Shown here one piece after another: positions 35,147 to 52,289 of a stretch of DNA of 64,000 nt. Below the pieces are notes generated by a model. The model did no database searches. It had not been told where the DNA came from and saw only the letters and a list, made by a program, of their open reading frames with translations. Source of the DNA: a virus; the IMG/VR virus record IMGVR_UViG_3300032224_001411, positions 2,650 to 66,649 of that record, one strand, 5' to 3'. Both the position numbers and the translations under genes were made by a program. Every line of letters begins with the position of its first letter. The stretch's first letter is position 1.

Positions 35147-35346
35147 CCGTCGTATCCGTAAGAGTAGTCTGTTTCAGACTTAGTGTAATCACAGGAATTG
35201 CATGTGGTGATGATATCTGCTTCATAGCGACCCGTCATTTCTATTGAAACGGTACAGTAGGTCAACTCCCCACAGTTTGGGCACTCCCACTCAGAGTCTT
35301 CAAACATGCCTTCATCTGGCGGGTCAATTGGTGCTTGAACTGACAT
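35143..35346 (-). CDS. Small Zn-ribbon protein
   Basis: CPNC...CNSC; RBS AGGAG. Confidence 0.65.
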   Translation of the reverse strand: MSVQAPIDPPDEGMFEDSEWECPNCGELTYCTVSIEMTGRYEADIITTCNSCDYTKSETDYSYGYDG

Positions 35347-35391
35347 AATTTATGTCTCCTTGTTAGTAGTAGCTTTTTGCTACACTAAATA

Positions 35392-35601
35392 TTACTGCTC
35401 CCCAAGCATTTTGTCAAGGTCACGCATTAAACTTTTCATACGAATCTCTACATACTGATCTTCTAAATCTTGAAGCCTCTTTTTTAAATCCCTATCTTTA
35501 CGCTCAATATCATCTAGACGTCGACGTAAATCATTAAGCTTTGCAATATTATCAGGAGTCCAAGGGTTGTTTGGCTCAGGCTCACCCATTTGATTATTCA
35601 T
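35392..35601 (-). CDS. Small coiled-coil protein
   Basis: Coupled ORF. Confidence 0.55.
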   Translation of the reverse strand: MNNQMGEPEPNNPWTPDNIAKLNDLRRRLDDIERKDRDLKKRLQDLEDQYVEIRMKSLMRDLDKMLGEQ

Positions 35602-35797
35602 TGTTGTCCTCCTCGTCCCATCTGTCCATAAGTTTAATCAGACCTACCATTACTAACACATAGCCAATAAACCCGATCAAAGCAAAGATTCCTATAGCAA
35701 TAGATGTCTCCGGCTTAAAGAGTGCAACAAGAAACATTGCAGATATAAAAGGGCCAAGAAATAGATGAACAAGAATAAATACATATTTACGAAGCAA
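35594..35797 (-). CDS. Small two-TM membrane protein
   Basis: Two hydrophobic helices. Confidence 0.6.
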   Translation of the reverse strand: MLRKYVFILVHLFLGPFISAMFLVALFKPETSIAIGIFALIGFIGYVLVMVGLIKLMDRWDEEDNNE

Positions 35798-36113
35798 GTT
35801 TAGGTCCTCTCTTTTCTGGAAGCTTCACAGGCTCAACAGCCTTTCGCTCTCCTTTAATTAGTTTGACAGCAAACCCATTCCCCATACTTACCACAGCTTC
35901 CATACGCTTTGGGTCTTTATCGAAGTTGTGTATTTCCTTAGAGACGTCGACCATTAGTAATTCCTATTTTCAATCTTGCTAATGATTGCGTCATATAGTT
36001 CAACAACTTCGGGGTCACTCTGATTTGACCTATCGTAACGAAGTGACTCAACTAAAGAACGTCTCTCGTTTTCAACTCCGTTAACTAGCCCCTGCATGTA
36101 GGCACTTTCAAAA

Positions 36114-36272
36114 TCATTCACCTTCAACCAACCCATCAATATAGATAAGCATTCTGACTGCATCCTGAGAGAAGTTTTCATCCCAGTTATCAATCATCTT
36201 ATCAATTCCAGTTCTAATACGATTTCGCTCATCTTGAATACCCTGAAAGTATTCACTAATTTGCTCGTCCAT
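36114..36272 (-). CDS. 52-aa hypothetical protein (ERxRI family)
   Basis: MDEQISEYFQGIQDERNRIRTGID...; manual translation. Confidence 0.55.
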   Translation of the reverse strand: MDEQISEYFQGIQDERNRIRTGIDKMIDNWDENFSQDAVRMLIYIDGLVEGE

Positions 36273-36273
36273 C

Positions 36274-36522
36274 TCATCCATTGTCGGACTCCTTCTCTAC
36301 TTCGTAGTCTAAGTCAATACTATCAATAGCTTTCTGAAGGACGTCGACGGGGTTGATCTCAGCAGACTTAGGGTCTTCTAGGTATTCTCCCTGAAGGCTA
36401 TATAGAATGTCTGCAATGCGCTCACGCTCTCGGAGCTCTCCTTCGTGCAGGACAATACCAATAATCATCTCTTGGCTGTCTGTCATGTCTTCCAGAGTAA
36501 GTGTCCTATACTTCTTGGTCAT
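36274..36522 (-). CDS. Small hypothetical protein (ERERI family)
   Basis: GELRERERIADIL. Confidence 0.65.
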   Translation of the reverse strand: MTKKYRTLTLEDMTDSQEMIIGIVLHEGELRERERIADILYSLQGEYLEDPKSAEINPVDVLQKAIDSIDLDYEVEKESDNG

Positions 36523-36693
36523 ACCTCTACTTTACCACGAGATATCTTGAAACTACTTAGTAACTGAAACATCTAACGAACTTCGTTCAAAGTTCATTAT
36601 AACAATTTAGATTTTATTATACAACGTATCATTTTGTACAGAAAAGGGCCCCCGAAGGGGCCCCAATACCTGCGTATAGACTTAAACTTAAGT

Positions 36694-37182
36694 TTATACG
36701 GGCCAGATATAATCGTAGGTTTCAGGCCTATATCCAGGGTCTTCTTCCCATCCAAACTGGGAATACCACTCGTATTCCTTGCTAAGTAGGGCAGTCCGGT
36801 GGCTGGAGGCAATCTCGTCAAAGAAGGACATGTCTCGAATCCAAGCAGGGGGGTCGGAGGGGTGCGATAGGAGGTCAAGCTCTTCAGCACGAATCATCGT
36901 TGCGTGAGCCTTCTCTCCGATAGTCGAGTTAAAGCCTCGACTCTTCCACTCCTTGACCATTGCTTGGATGTAGACATACAAGGCCATCTCGTGACCTCTC
37001 CACATCTTTACTGCTGGGTGATTCTTCCAACCTTTAGCAGGTCTAAAATTTCCCTGCGGGTCAAGCTCGAGAAGAACCATAAGGATCTGCCAGCCCTCAA
37101 GGGCTTGCTTGTTGAGGCGCTTGTTGTCAAGAACCTTGGCGATGTCGTCATACGAATCTGTGAGGGGTACGAATGTTTGCAT
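36694..37182 (-). CDS. Pyrimidine-dimer DNA glycosylase-like protein (MSMEG_6728-type)
   Basis: MQTF.P...LD.KRL.KQ..E..QIL...W.NHPAVKMWRG.E.AL. Confidence 0.75.
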   Translation of the reverse strand: MQTFVPLTDSYDDIAKVLDNKRLNKQALEGWQILMVLLELDPQGNFRPAKGWKNHPAVKMWRGHEMALYVYIQAMVKEWKSRGFNSTIGEKAHATMIRAEELDLLSHPSDPPAWIRDMSFFDEIASSHRTALLSKEYEWYSQFGWEEDPGYRPETYDYIWPV

Positions 37183-37202
37183 ACCCAAATGCTACACAAA
37201 GA

Positions 37203-37973
37203 CTAATCAGATGTCAAGTTAAATTCTGGACGGCGTCGATACCACTCTTCAGGGAACTTCCTGTCCCTAACCCACTGAGGGTAGTTTGCTTGCTCAAGCT
37301 CGATCTCTGTGTAGATATCTCCAGCAAGGTCATGTCCATACACCCAGCAGTGCTCAAGTGCTTCATCTACATACTCTGTCACGAGCTCCTGGTGGGCAAA
37401 CCCACGAACCTTACGAATGAGGTACTGGAGGTCACCCATAGAAGTTAGGTGCCAACCACCAAAAACCTGTGGCATATAGTTCCTCTGCCAACGAACTCGG
37501 TCCAAGTCTTTTCCAGCAACGTCACCATAACGAGCAACAACAGCCGTTGGTTCATTCTTGTGGTACCAGTGGAGGCTCATGTGATACTTAGGCATAGTTA
37601 GTCCTACTGGTCCAGTAATATCTTTGATCTTGTCAAAGTCTACCCACTCGTCTGTATCACAGATTAAAACCAAGTCTTCAATTGAAGGATTGAGGCTCGC
37701 TAGTACACCACTCAGCTGAGCACGCTGGTAATAGTCATTGTCCCAAGCATTGGAAGACTTCTGAGACTGAACCTTATGGTAAATAATTTTGTCTTCAAAA
37801 TCTTTAAATCGTTCGTAATTTTCTTCAAAGTAAAAAGGCTTAGGTTGATTGGCATACATGTGGTCACCCTCAACAATAACAAACTTATCGACAACGTCAG
37901 CGTATGTATTAAGGCGACCCTCGAGCATATCGAGTTCCCCACCAAATGTAATGCAGTCATAAACCTTAGTCAT
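37203..37973 (-). CDS. Glycosyltransferase family 17-like protein
   Basis: YDC..F..ELD.LE.RL....VD.FVIVE...D.DE...GGWH. Confidence 0.8.
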   Translation of the reverse strand: MTKVYDCITFGGELDMLEGRLNTYADVVDKFVIVEGDHMYANQPKPFYFEENYERFKDFEDKIIYHKVQSQKSSNAWDNDYYQRAQLSGVLASLNPSIEDLVLICDTDEWVDFDKIKDITGPVGLTMPKYHMSLHWYHKNEPTAVVARYGDVAGKDLDRVRWQRNYMPQVFGGWHLTSMGDLQYLIRKVRGFAHQELVTEYVDEALEHCWVYGHDLAGDIYTEIELEQANYPQWVRDRKFPEEWYRRRPEFNLTSD

Positions 37974-38301
37974 TTTTAGTTTCTTCTTCTTTCTTAGCTT
38001 TTTGCCTCTGCTTATATTCTACAGCTAAATTTCCAACAGTCTGGTTTTTATAGTGAACAGTTTTTACCATTTCTGGACGAAAACTTCTCCACGTTTCTCC
38101 ACCTTTTGGCCCACCCCACACATCAATCCATTCAGCCCCCGCTGGTGTCATAACGTGCTTGATAAATCTAAATCTTCCACGCACACCCTTAATCTTCAGT
38201 TCCGTTCCAGGAGAGACATTTCTACCGTTAATTTGCATATGGGTAGTAACAGCCCAATCATCATCTAGACGGGGTGTATTAATTTTTCTACGTCTTACCA
38301 T
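37966..38301 (-). CDS. Hypothetical actinophage-type protein
   Basis: G.E.KIKG.RG.FRF..HV...EWIDV.G...RSF. Confidence 0.7.
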   Translation of the reverse strand: MVRRRKINTPRLDDDWAVTTHMQINGRNVSPGTELKIKGVRGRFRFIKHVMTPAGAEWIDVWGGPKGGETWRSFRPEMVKTVHYKNQTVGNLAVEYKQRQKAKKEEETKND

Positions 38302-38409
38302 GCTAGGAGTATAGCACAGAGAAAAACCGCCCTTGCAAGCAGAGGGGCGGTTCTAGGCTTATCCAGTAAAATACTTAAACTACTGGAGGCTCTTTTTACT
38401 CTAAAGTAG

Positions 38410-38877
38410 TTAGCTTTCTACTACCGGTGCAGTTACTTCAGGGGTTGCTACAGCAGCGAGAGCCTTCTCTTCCTGTTTGTTCTTGGCAAACCACTTGTCA
38501 GGGTCGATGAACTTGCCATGCTTGTCAACAACAGATAGGTGGAGGTGCGCTCCTGTGACGGTTGTACCTGTTGCACCAGACAACGCAATCGTGTCGCCTC
38601 GTGAAACTTTCTGACCCTTCTTGACCTGAATTTTGGACAGGTGCAAGTAACGGGTGTGCATACCGTCGGGGTGCTTGATTTCAATACTGATACCAGTACC
38701 GTCTTTTGCTACCTCGTCAGTGACGATTACTTCACCATCAGCACAAGCAAATACCTTTGTACCGGTCGGGCAGTTGTAGTCCAGTCCTGGAATGGATGAA
38801 CCACGCGCAACATGCGCTTTAAAATCGTCGTTAGTATCTTTAGTTTTACAAGGTGCTGAATACTTTACAAAACTCAT
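38410..38877 (-). CDS. M23 family peptidase
   Basis: GLDY, YLHLS, GATG..TGAHLH. Confidence 0.85.
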   Translation of the reverse strand: MSFVKYSAPCKTKDTNDDFKAHVARGSSIPGLDYNCPTGTKVFACADGEVIVTDEVAKDGTGISIEIKHPDGMHTRYLHLSKIQVKKGQKVSRGDTIALSGATGTTVTGAHLHLSVVDKHGKFIDPDKWFAKNKQEEKALAAVATPEVTAPVVES

Positions 38878-38971
38878 TTTATTCTTCTTTCTAAGGGTGG
38901 ATTTAGCCCTATTCAGAGCTACTATCAGTTTATCACAGCGCAAAAACCCCTACCATATTAAGTATTTTCTA

Positions 38972-39168
38972 ACACAAAACCCCCGCCGTAGCGAGGGCCT
39001 TGAGTCGGAAGTCACGCACACCTTTTCGGCTACTACTTCCTTAAGTACATTTTTAAAGCCTCGCTCACAAGTCCCCGCTGAACATACGGTACTGATTTTG
39101 CTTTGCTTCCTAATGCACCCATAAGATGACTTACTCTAGAGTGTTCAGTCTCCTTTGTTGCCACCTAC
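38972..39168 (-). ncRNA. Candidate structured ncRNA between nrdF and the M23 gene
   Basis: No convincing ORF; helices CTGAACA/TGTTCAG, GGAAGT/ACTTCC, GCGAGGC/GCCCTCGC; ends in a GC hairpin + T-run. Confidence 0.45.
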
Positions 39169-39198
39169 CATAATATAACTCCTATGCTACCACACAAA

Positions 39199-42284
<3,086 letters not shown>

Positions 42285-42676
42285 AGTTTTTGAATCCTTT
42301 CGGTTACTTGTTCAACATCATCTGGAGTCCCAAATACCTCTACTCTATAGAGAAGTGGTATCCCGAGCTTATCAGAAATAATCTCCGCAGCAAGACAATA
42401 ATGCTCACCAAAGTTAGTATTTCCTGTCCCGATAACAGCTACAGCGTTGGTTCTGTTCTCAGGAATATTTAAAAATTTAATTACAGAAAGGGGCACCGCA
42501 TAGGTTCCTCTACCTGCCCCATACGTCGGGAGGATCAAAACATATTTTTTGTCAACTAAAAGAGGGCTATCCGCATCCCATTTGACTGGAATTTGAGTGG
42601 CCTTTATCCCTAGCTTTTCTACGAATCGCTTTGTGTTGCCCGAGTAGTTGGAGAAATATACAATCTCCAACTAAAC

Positions 42677-42901
42677 TCACGCAGCCAGAGAAGAGATCAT
42701 GTCGGGACGAAATCCAGACCAGTGCTTGTCACCAGCAATAACAACTGGAGCTGAAGCATAACCGAGAGACTTTACATACGCCATTGCTTCATCGTCTTCC
42801 GTCAAGTCGACTGTGCTAAACATAATTTCGTTCTTGTTCAATAGCTTTTTGGTGCTTTCACATTGAACGCACGATGGTGTTGTGTAGACCGTAACAGTCA
42901 T
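42677..42901 (-). CDS. nrdH: Glutaredoxin-like NrdH
   Basis: CVQC and WSGFRPD. Confidence 0.95.
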   Translation of the reverse strand: MTVTVYTTPSCVQCESTKKLLNKNEIMFSTVDLTEDDEAMAYVKSLGYASAPVVIAGDKHWSGFRPDMISSLAA

Positions 42902-42974
42902 TTCGAACCTCCCGGGACAGATAGAATAGATGTAAAGAGATTACCAGTATATGGCTTTTATGTCAAATTGATTG

Positions 42975-43305
42975 TGGACCTGGGGGTAATCGAAACCCCG
43001 TCCAACTGCGTTCATTCTGGTCTTCTACAAGCTTAGGCAAGTTAAAAAGTGTCCCTGACCGCATGTTTTGCCAGAACGTTCAGGTAATCTCAATTTACGA
43101 TACTGAGCAATCATCCTCATCTATTCAAATCTTTGACGTCCCGACGAGGACTAGGACTTGTCAAAGTGCTTTAACAGTTTTTAGGCTGCGAGAGCGAAGG
43201 CGCTTTTAGCGTTTGCGTTTATTTTTGTGCGACACTTTTAAGAATGCACCGCAGTTTCTGCTTGCTTCATCAGACTTAAGACAGCTGTCGAATCCTGTCA
43301 GGCCC
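42975..43305 (-). ncRNA. ssrA: tmRNA
   Basis: 5' GGGCCTGACAGGATTCGAC, 3' GGACGGGGTTTCGATTACCCCCAGGTCCA with G3.U70 pair; tag ORF 43181-43216 ANAKSAFALAA-stop after the resume context ATAAAC. Confidence 0.93.
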
Positions 43306-43318
43306 TTGATATTTAGTT

Positions 43319-43447
43319 TTATACTACTACAAGACGTCGCTTCTCAGGATCAAATGTCTTAGGGCGCTTTTTATTTGCCTTGCCATTTTTTCGGTCTGAG
43401 TTACTGCCTTTAGCGGGCTTCTGTCCGCCACCTTTTCCTTTTGCCAT
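43319..43447 (-). CDS. 42-aa Lys/Gly-rich basic peptide
   Basis: MAKGKGGGQKPAKGSNSDRKNGKANKKRPKTFDPEKRRLVVV; lies just after a TGCTATGCT -10 (possibly leaderless). Confidence 0.5.
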   Translation of the reverse strand: MAKGKGGGQKPAKGSNSDRKNGKANKKRPKTFDPEKRRLVVV

Positions 43448-43517
43448 ATTTAAAGCATAGCACAAAAAATAATAAATAGTAAGTTGACAAAAAAATTATT
43501 AGTGTTATCATAAAATT

Positions 43518-44003
43518 ATGAAAGACAAACTGACACAAGAGTATGCAGCATACATTGCACCGCATCTCGAACTTGCGAAAAAGGCTTACGGCTCAAGGGC
43601 CACTAAGTCTCCACAGCACGATGCATCTCGTGAATATACGAGACTTCTTGTTGAGTTCTACTCTAAGGGTGGAAGTCTACTACAGCTTGCAAAAGAGCTG
43701 AATGTCACTTATGCAGGAATTAGACGTAGAGTTTTAACTGCAGAAATTCCAGCAAAAAGTAAAGGAACTAATAGCAAATCAACAGAAGCAGAAATTTCTG
43801 ACGCTGCATATAGAATTAAATTTGCACGAGGATTTGCAGATATAGAAGGAGACTCGACTGGTTACCATGAAATTGTCCTTCACATATATGAGACTGAAAA
43901 AGTTTCTTTAAACAAAATTGCAAAAGTTTTAGGTATGAGCTCTGCTAATCCGCTCTACTATGCGGTATCAAAAGCAAAACTAAGACGAGAGCAGATATTG
44001 TAA
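43518..44003 (+). CDS. Putative DNA-binding protein (two HTH-like segments)
   Basis: SLLQLAKELNVTY and SLNKIAKVLGMS; TTGACA promoter immediately upstream. Confidence 0.65.
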   Translation: MKDKLTQEYAAYIAPHLELAKKAYGSRATKSPQHDASREYTRLLVEFYSKGGSLLQLAKELNVTYAGIRRRVLTAEIPAKSKGTNSKSTEAEISDAAYRIKFARGFADIEGDSTGYHEIVLHIYETEKVSLNKIAKVLGMSSANPLYYAVSKAKLRREQIL

Positions 44004-44045
44004 AAAAAGAAAGCCCCCTCAAATGAGGGGGTTTTCTTTTATTTT

Positions 44046-44309
44046 TTAGTAGTTAGACTTTTTTTGTTTTGATAGAGCTGCTTCAGCAGACGAGGCAAAG
44101 GCAATGTTGATTTCTTCCTCATCAAGAACGCCATCAACAACGTATGCACGAGCAAGTGACTCAGCAACTTCCATTACACCAACAAAGGCTGCAACGAGTG
44201 CGGACTGCCAAAGCTCAACTCCAGCAATCGATCCAGCGGCAAGAACACCGCTGACTTTGAGGATAACAAGCGCAATAGTACGCTTGAAGATTTTTTTTGT
44301 GATTTCCAT
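44046..44309 (-). CDS. Small membrane protein (holin-like)
   Basis: Two hydrophobic helices. Confidence 0.6.
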   Translation of the reverse strand: MEITKKIFKRTIALVILKVSGVLAAGSIAGVELWQSALVAAFVGVMEVAESLARAYVVDGVLDEEEINIAFASSAEAALSKQKKSNY

Positions 44310-44374
44310 GTAATCTCCCTAGGGTAGAGGTTTAAATGCCCTCTCCCAGGCGTACATATATATTCTACCTCAAA

Positions 44375-44686
44375 TTAGACATGTCGTCTTGCTGGAATAC
44401 CAAGATTGACAAACTCTCCTCGGCGTATTTTTCTACGCTGTTTTTCAGTAGACATACCCCAAATACCCTGCTCTTCTGGATGGTCAAGCGCATATTCTAA
44501 ACAACGCTTTTGATAGGGACATGTAGAGCATATAATTTTTGCTTCTTTTTCAAAAGAATAAACAGCTCGATTTAGCATTAAGCCATCAATTGGTTCATCG
44601 CAAAAAAAGGCGTCTGGATTTGATTCAGCGCAAGGGGGAGTTCCAAATTCTGTAAAGTTTGGAAAGTCGGAAGAGAATATTTGCAT
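44375..44686 (-). CDS. WhiB-family transcription factor
   Basis: C...DAFF...AK.IC..CP....CLEYAL.....GIWG..TE..RR. Confidence 0.9.
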   Translation of the reverse strand: MQIFSSDFPNFTEFGTPPCAESNPDAFFCDEPIDGLMLNRAVYSFEKEAKIICSTCPYQKRCLEYALDHPEEQGIWGMSTEKQRRKIRRGEFVNLGIPARRHV

Positions 44687-44723
44687 GCGTCATTTTTCTT
44701 TCTGTAGTTAGTCTTGAGCCATG

Positions 44724-44882
44724 CTAAAACCCAACACCATTGTAAATAATTGTTGGTGGGTTATAAATACGTTTTAGTAAGGTTTTACACTTAGGGCATT
44801 CAATCTGCTTTTGATCTTCAGAAATGCTCCGCTCTTCAGTGTAGATGTGTTTTTTCTCACAAATGTATTCGTATGTTGGCAT
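44724..44882 (-). CDS. FmdB-family Zn-ribbon protein
   Basis: MPTYEYICEKKH...CPKC...KRIYNPP.I.YNG.GF; manual translation. Confidence 0.7.
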   Translation of the reverse strand: MPTYEYICEKKHIYTEERSISEDQKQIECPKCKTLLKRIYNPPTIIYNGVGF

Positions 44883-44913
44883 GTCCTCAGTCTATCCTCT
44901 CGTTAGTGTTATG

Positions 44914-45141
44914 TCAAATTGATAAATAAAGTGCATCAAGAGTGTCTTTACATTCTTTACAGACTGGGTACTTCTCTGGGTCGCGGTGGGGTACAAATAT
45001 ATAACCACACAAGGCCATAATTGCTGTCCCATTTACATATGCTTCAGTTAGAATAGCCGCTTCTGCAATGTGAGCAAAAACATTCTCTCCGTCTGAATCA
45101 ACCGTAACTGGCGCATCTTGTATGTCAAGCTCAGCAATCAT
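44914..45141 (-). CDS. DUF3039-like protein
   Basis: H......EA...G....ALCG..F.P.RDP.KYPVC..CK. Confidence 0.8.
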   Translation of the reverse strand: MIAELDIQDAPVTVDSDGENVFAHIAEAAILTEAYVNGTAIMALCGYIFVPHRDPEKYPVCKECKDTLDALYLSI

Positions 45142-46063
45142 TTAAAAGCTCCATAACTTTATCTAGTTTGATTTTACCAAAGTATGAGACTAGGTCTTTC
45201 ACACCAAATGAAACGTACACCATATTGTTCACGACCACAAGTCCAGAACCAAACTCAATCCCAGAAGTTCTAAAATGAAACTCAGATGTTTTTTGAAGAA
45301 TCTCTCCTGACTTAGAGACCCTAATAAATAAGTGAGTGTAATCTCGAGGACAAGTCTTTATAATCCCAAAAGTATGTGGATTGTAAACATACACAGTATC
45401 TACGTAGCATTTATGGGTCAATGCAAGGTAAGTCCCGTCTTCTAACTCCCAAAGATTAGAACTTCCTCTAAGCCCATATAGCTCAGAGTTTTTGTCTTTT
45501 AAACTAATCAATTTTGAATTTTTATATATAATATCTGGGCCATAGATAAAATCAAATGTGTTATTTTCCCCGTACGCCGTCATCCAATTTTTCTCAGTTC
45601 TTTTTGGGTTAGGTGAATCCCATAATTTTATCAAGTGCGCATCACCACCATCTAGCCAAAAACTTGCAATTCTAGGTATGTTGCACCACTCTTCTTTAAT
45701 TACAGTAGTAAATTCCCATCTATTATTTCTCCAATAGATTTTTGGATCTTCTGGCCCTCGTACTAACTTTTCATCAAATCCATGGTAAGTAATCTCTAGC
45801 AACTTAGTTACATTCATTTTTGAATCAAGTATTGAAAAATATGTTTTATTTATCACAGCATTTTCAGCAAGAAGTTCAAGACGTTTACCGTCATCCGCAT
45901 ACCAATAATTAGAGGACCTAAATAGGCAAACAAACCCAATGTCTTTTTGATAGCCAATAGATGGGTTGAAACATGACCACTCCGTGGCATCTGAGTCTGG
46001 AAATCTTAATACTTTCCAAGTTTCTCCACCATAAGTAGAAAACGTCGCTAAATTTTTTACCAT
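45131..46063 (-). CDS. Beta-propeller glycoside-hydrolase-like protein
   Basis: FNPSI, EDPK, EKNW, RGSS, IEF..GL motifs. Confidence 0.55.
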   Translation of the reverse strand: MVKNLATFSTYGGETWKVLRFPDSDATEWSCFNPSIGYQKDIGFVCLFRSSNYWYADDGKRLELLAENAVINKTYFSILDSKMNVTKLLEITYHGFDEKLVRGPEDPKIYWRNNRWEFTTVIKEEWCNIPRIASFWLDGGDAHLIKLWDSPNPKRTEKNWMTAYGENNTFDFIYGPDIIYKNSKLISLKDKNSELYGLRGSSNLWELEDGTYLALTHKCYVDTVYVYNPHTFGIIKTCPRDYTHLFIRVSKSGEILQKTSEFHFRTSGIEFGSGLVVVNNMVYVSFGVKDLVSYFGKIKLDKVMELLNDC

Positions 46064-46154
46064 ATATTACTAAGTTTAAAGCACTTTCAAAAGTTGATAA
46101 CTCGCTTATGCGGTAAAATAATAGAAGGCCTATCTCCCTCTTTTAAGGACTCTC

Positions 46155-46513
46155 ATGACTTGTGCAACAACTGGTGTTTATAACATTACCTGCAACCAGG
46201 GTGCTACTTTTTCGCGCGCAATTACATGGACAGATTCTGCACGAAATCCCTATAACTTGACTGGATACAGCTCGCGTATGCAGGTAAGAGCAAACGTCAA
46301 TTCCTCAAGCACCATTGTCGAGCTTACAACTGGAAACGGAAGAATTGCATTAGGTGCAAACGCAGGAACCGTAACTTTAACAATTGCCGCAACAGACACA
46401 GCGAACCTCACTCCTGGACTTTACGTCTACGACCTTGAACTTGTCTCTTCGGCTAACGTTGTCACACGCCTCATTGAAGGTAACTTTAACGTTAAAGCCG
46501 AGGTGACGCGCTA

Positions 46514-46514
<1 letters not shown>
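46155..46514 (+). CDS. Virion fibre/baseplate-associated adaptor-like protein
   Basis: QGATF...NLTGY...QVR...T..L....YVYDLE pattern; directly upstream of the fibre gene. Confidence 0.6.
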
Positions 46515-50929
<4,415 letters not shown>

Positions 50930-50935
50930 GATTCT

Positions 50936-51859
50936 ATGTATGATAATCGTTTAGTTCCTAAAGGAATGACTCTTAGATATTTTTTTGCTAGTTCTGGGTA
51001 CAGTCCAGGAGAGCAAACACTCGACCTCACTGGTGCCCCTGAGTTTGTTTTTGCGATTGTTGTCGGTGGTGGAGGCGCAGGTGGAAGCACTAACTCATCT
51101 GGTCACTCTGCAGCAGGTGGGGGCGGTGGCGCTATATCCTACGGGCTAGTTCCCGCTGCAAGAAAAGCATACTATGGGGCTGGTGGGGTTCCCGCTTCTG
51201 GAAATAGCCAGGGTGGTGACGGAGGCTCGTCTGCTTATTCAACACTGTATGCCGCTGGAGGACAAGGCGGCGCTGGTGCGGGAACAATCTCAGGTGGTTC
51301 TAAAAACGGTGCTGGGGCTGGGGGCGCTGGCTCGTCGGCAAGCGCCCAAACTAATACTGGCGGAGTTGGGAGCGTTCTATGGTACAACGTTGGTGGCTCT
51401 GGCGGAAATGGAATAGGTAGTGGAAACCCCACAGGAGGAACGGGGTCAACCGCTTCTTCGGGCGGTGGAGGTGGAGGTGCCAGTAACTCTGGAACTACGG
51501 GGTCAAACCCCGCTACTGGAGGAGCTGGAGGAACTGGTTGGACGGGAGGCGGTGGCGGTGCTGGCGTATCTAACGCCGCATCAGCTTCTGGAACTAGCTC
51601 TGGAGGAAACGGTGGAGGTTCGTATGTAGGTTATGCGGGAGGTGTTGGAGGTAGCCTGACAAATAGTACCGACCGTGCCGCAAGTGGTGGGGGCGGGGCT
51701 GGGTATGCAGGAGACGGCGGTAACGGCTCAAGTGCTAGGGCGGGTACTGGGGCTGCTGGAGGTTTTGGAGGAAACGGCGGGGGTGGTGGCGGCGGAGGCG
51801 CTGGGCAGACCTCTTTGGGAGGATACGGTGGAGACGGCTGTGTCCTTATTTATTGGTAA
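50936..51859 (+). CDS. Glycine-rich virion protein, paralogous to the C-terminal domain of the collagen protein
   Basis: [13 protein letters not shown]...G.V.IYW shared with the 46514 C-terminus. Confidence 0.75.
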   Translation: MYDNRLVPKGMTLRYFFASSGYSPGEQTLDLTGAPEFVFAIVVGGGGAGGSTNSSGHSAAGGGGGAISYGLVPAARKAYYGAGGVPASGNSQGGDGGSSAYSTLYAAGGQGGAGAGTISGGSKNGAGAGGAGSSASAQTNTGGVGSVLWYNVGGSGGNGIGSGNPTGGTGSTASSGGGGGGASNSGTTGSNPATGGAGGTGWTGGGGGAGVSNAASASGTSSGGNGGGSYVGYAGGVGGSLTNSTDRAASGGGGAGYAGDGGNGSSARAGTGAAGGFGGNGGGGGGGGAGQTSLGGYGGDGCVLIYW

Positions 51860-51874
51860 AGAAAAGAGAGTTAA

Positions 51875-52078
51875 ATGAATGCATATGCAATAGTTAATCC
51901 AAATCAAGGATACGTGGCAAATATCATTGTTGCTGACAATATAGATCAAGCTCGCTCTGTAATAGATAGTGTGATCGAGGTTACAGAATTAACTGGCCCG
52001 GCAAGAATTGGTGGATGGTGGGATGGAAGCGTTTTTATGGACGAACCACCAACAACTCCTGAAGAGTCAGTGCTTTAA
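51875..52078 (+). CDS. Small fibre-assembly-like protein
   Basis: YAIV...V.NIIVAD...IG..WDG..F. Confidence 0.55.
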   Translation: MNAYAIVNPNQGYVANIIVADNIDQARSVIDSVIEVTELTGPARIGGWWDGSVFMDEPPTTPEESVL

Positions 52079-52289
52079 TTCACAAGCTTTAGCTAACGAC
52101 GGAACTACATAAGTTTTTCCGCATCCAGAACATCGGTATGGATTCTTTGGAGTTATCATTACTACAATTATACCGCGTGTCTGTTGGGCTGTGTGGTATC
52201 CTGTTTATAGACTTAACTTTAAGTTTATACGGCGTTTTTCTGTAAAATGCTGTACAAAATGATACATTCTATTATATAACTGGAGACGT

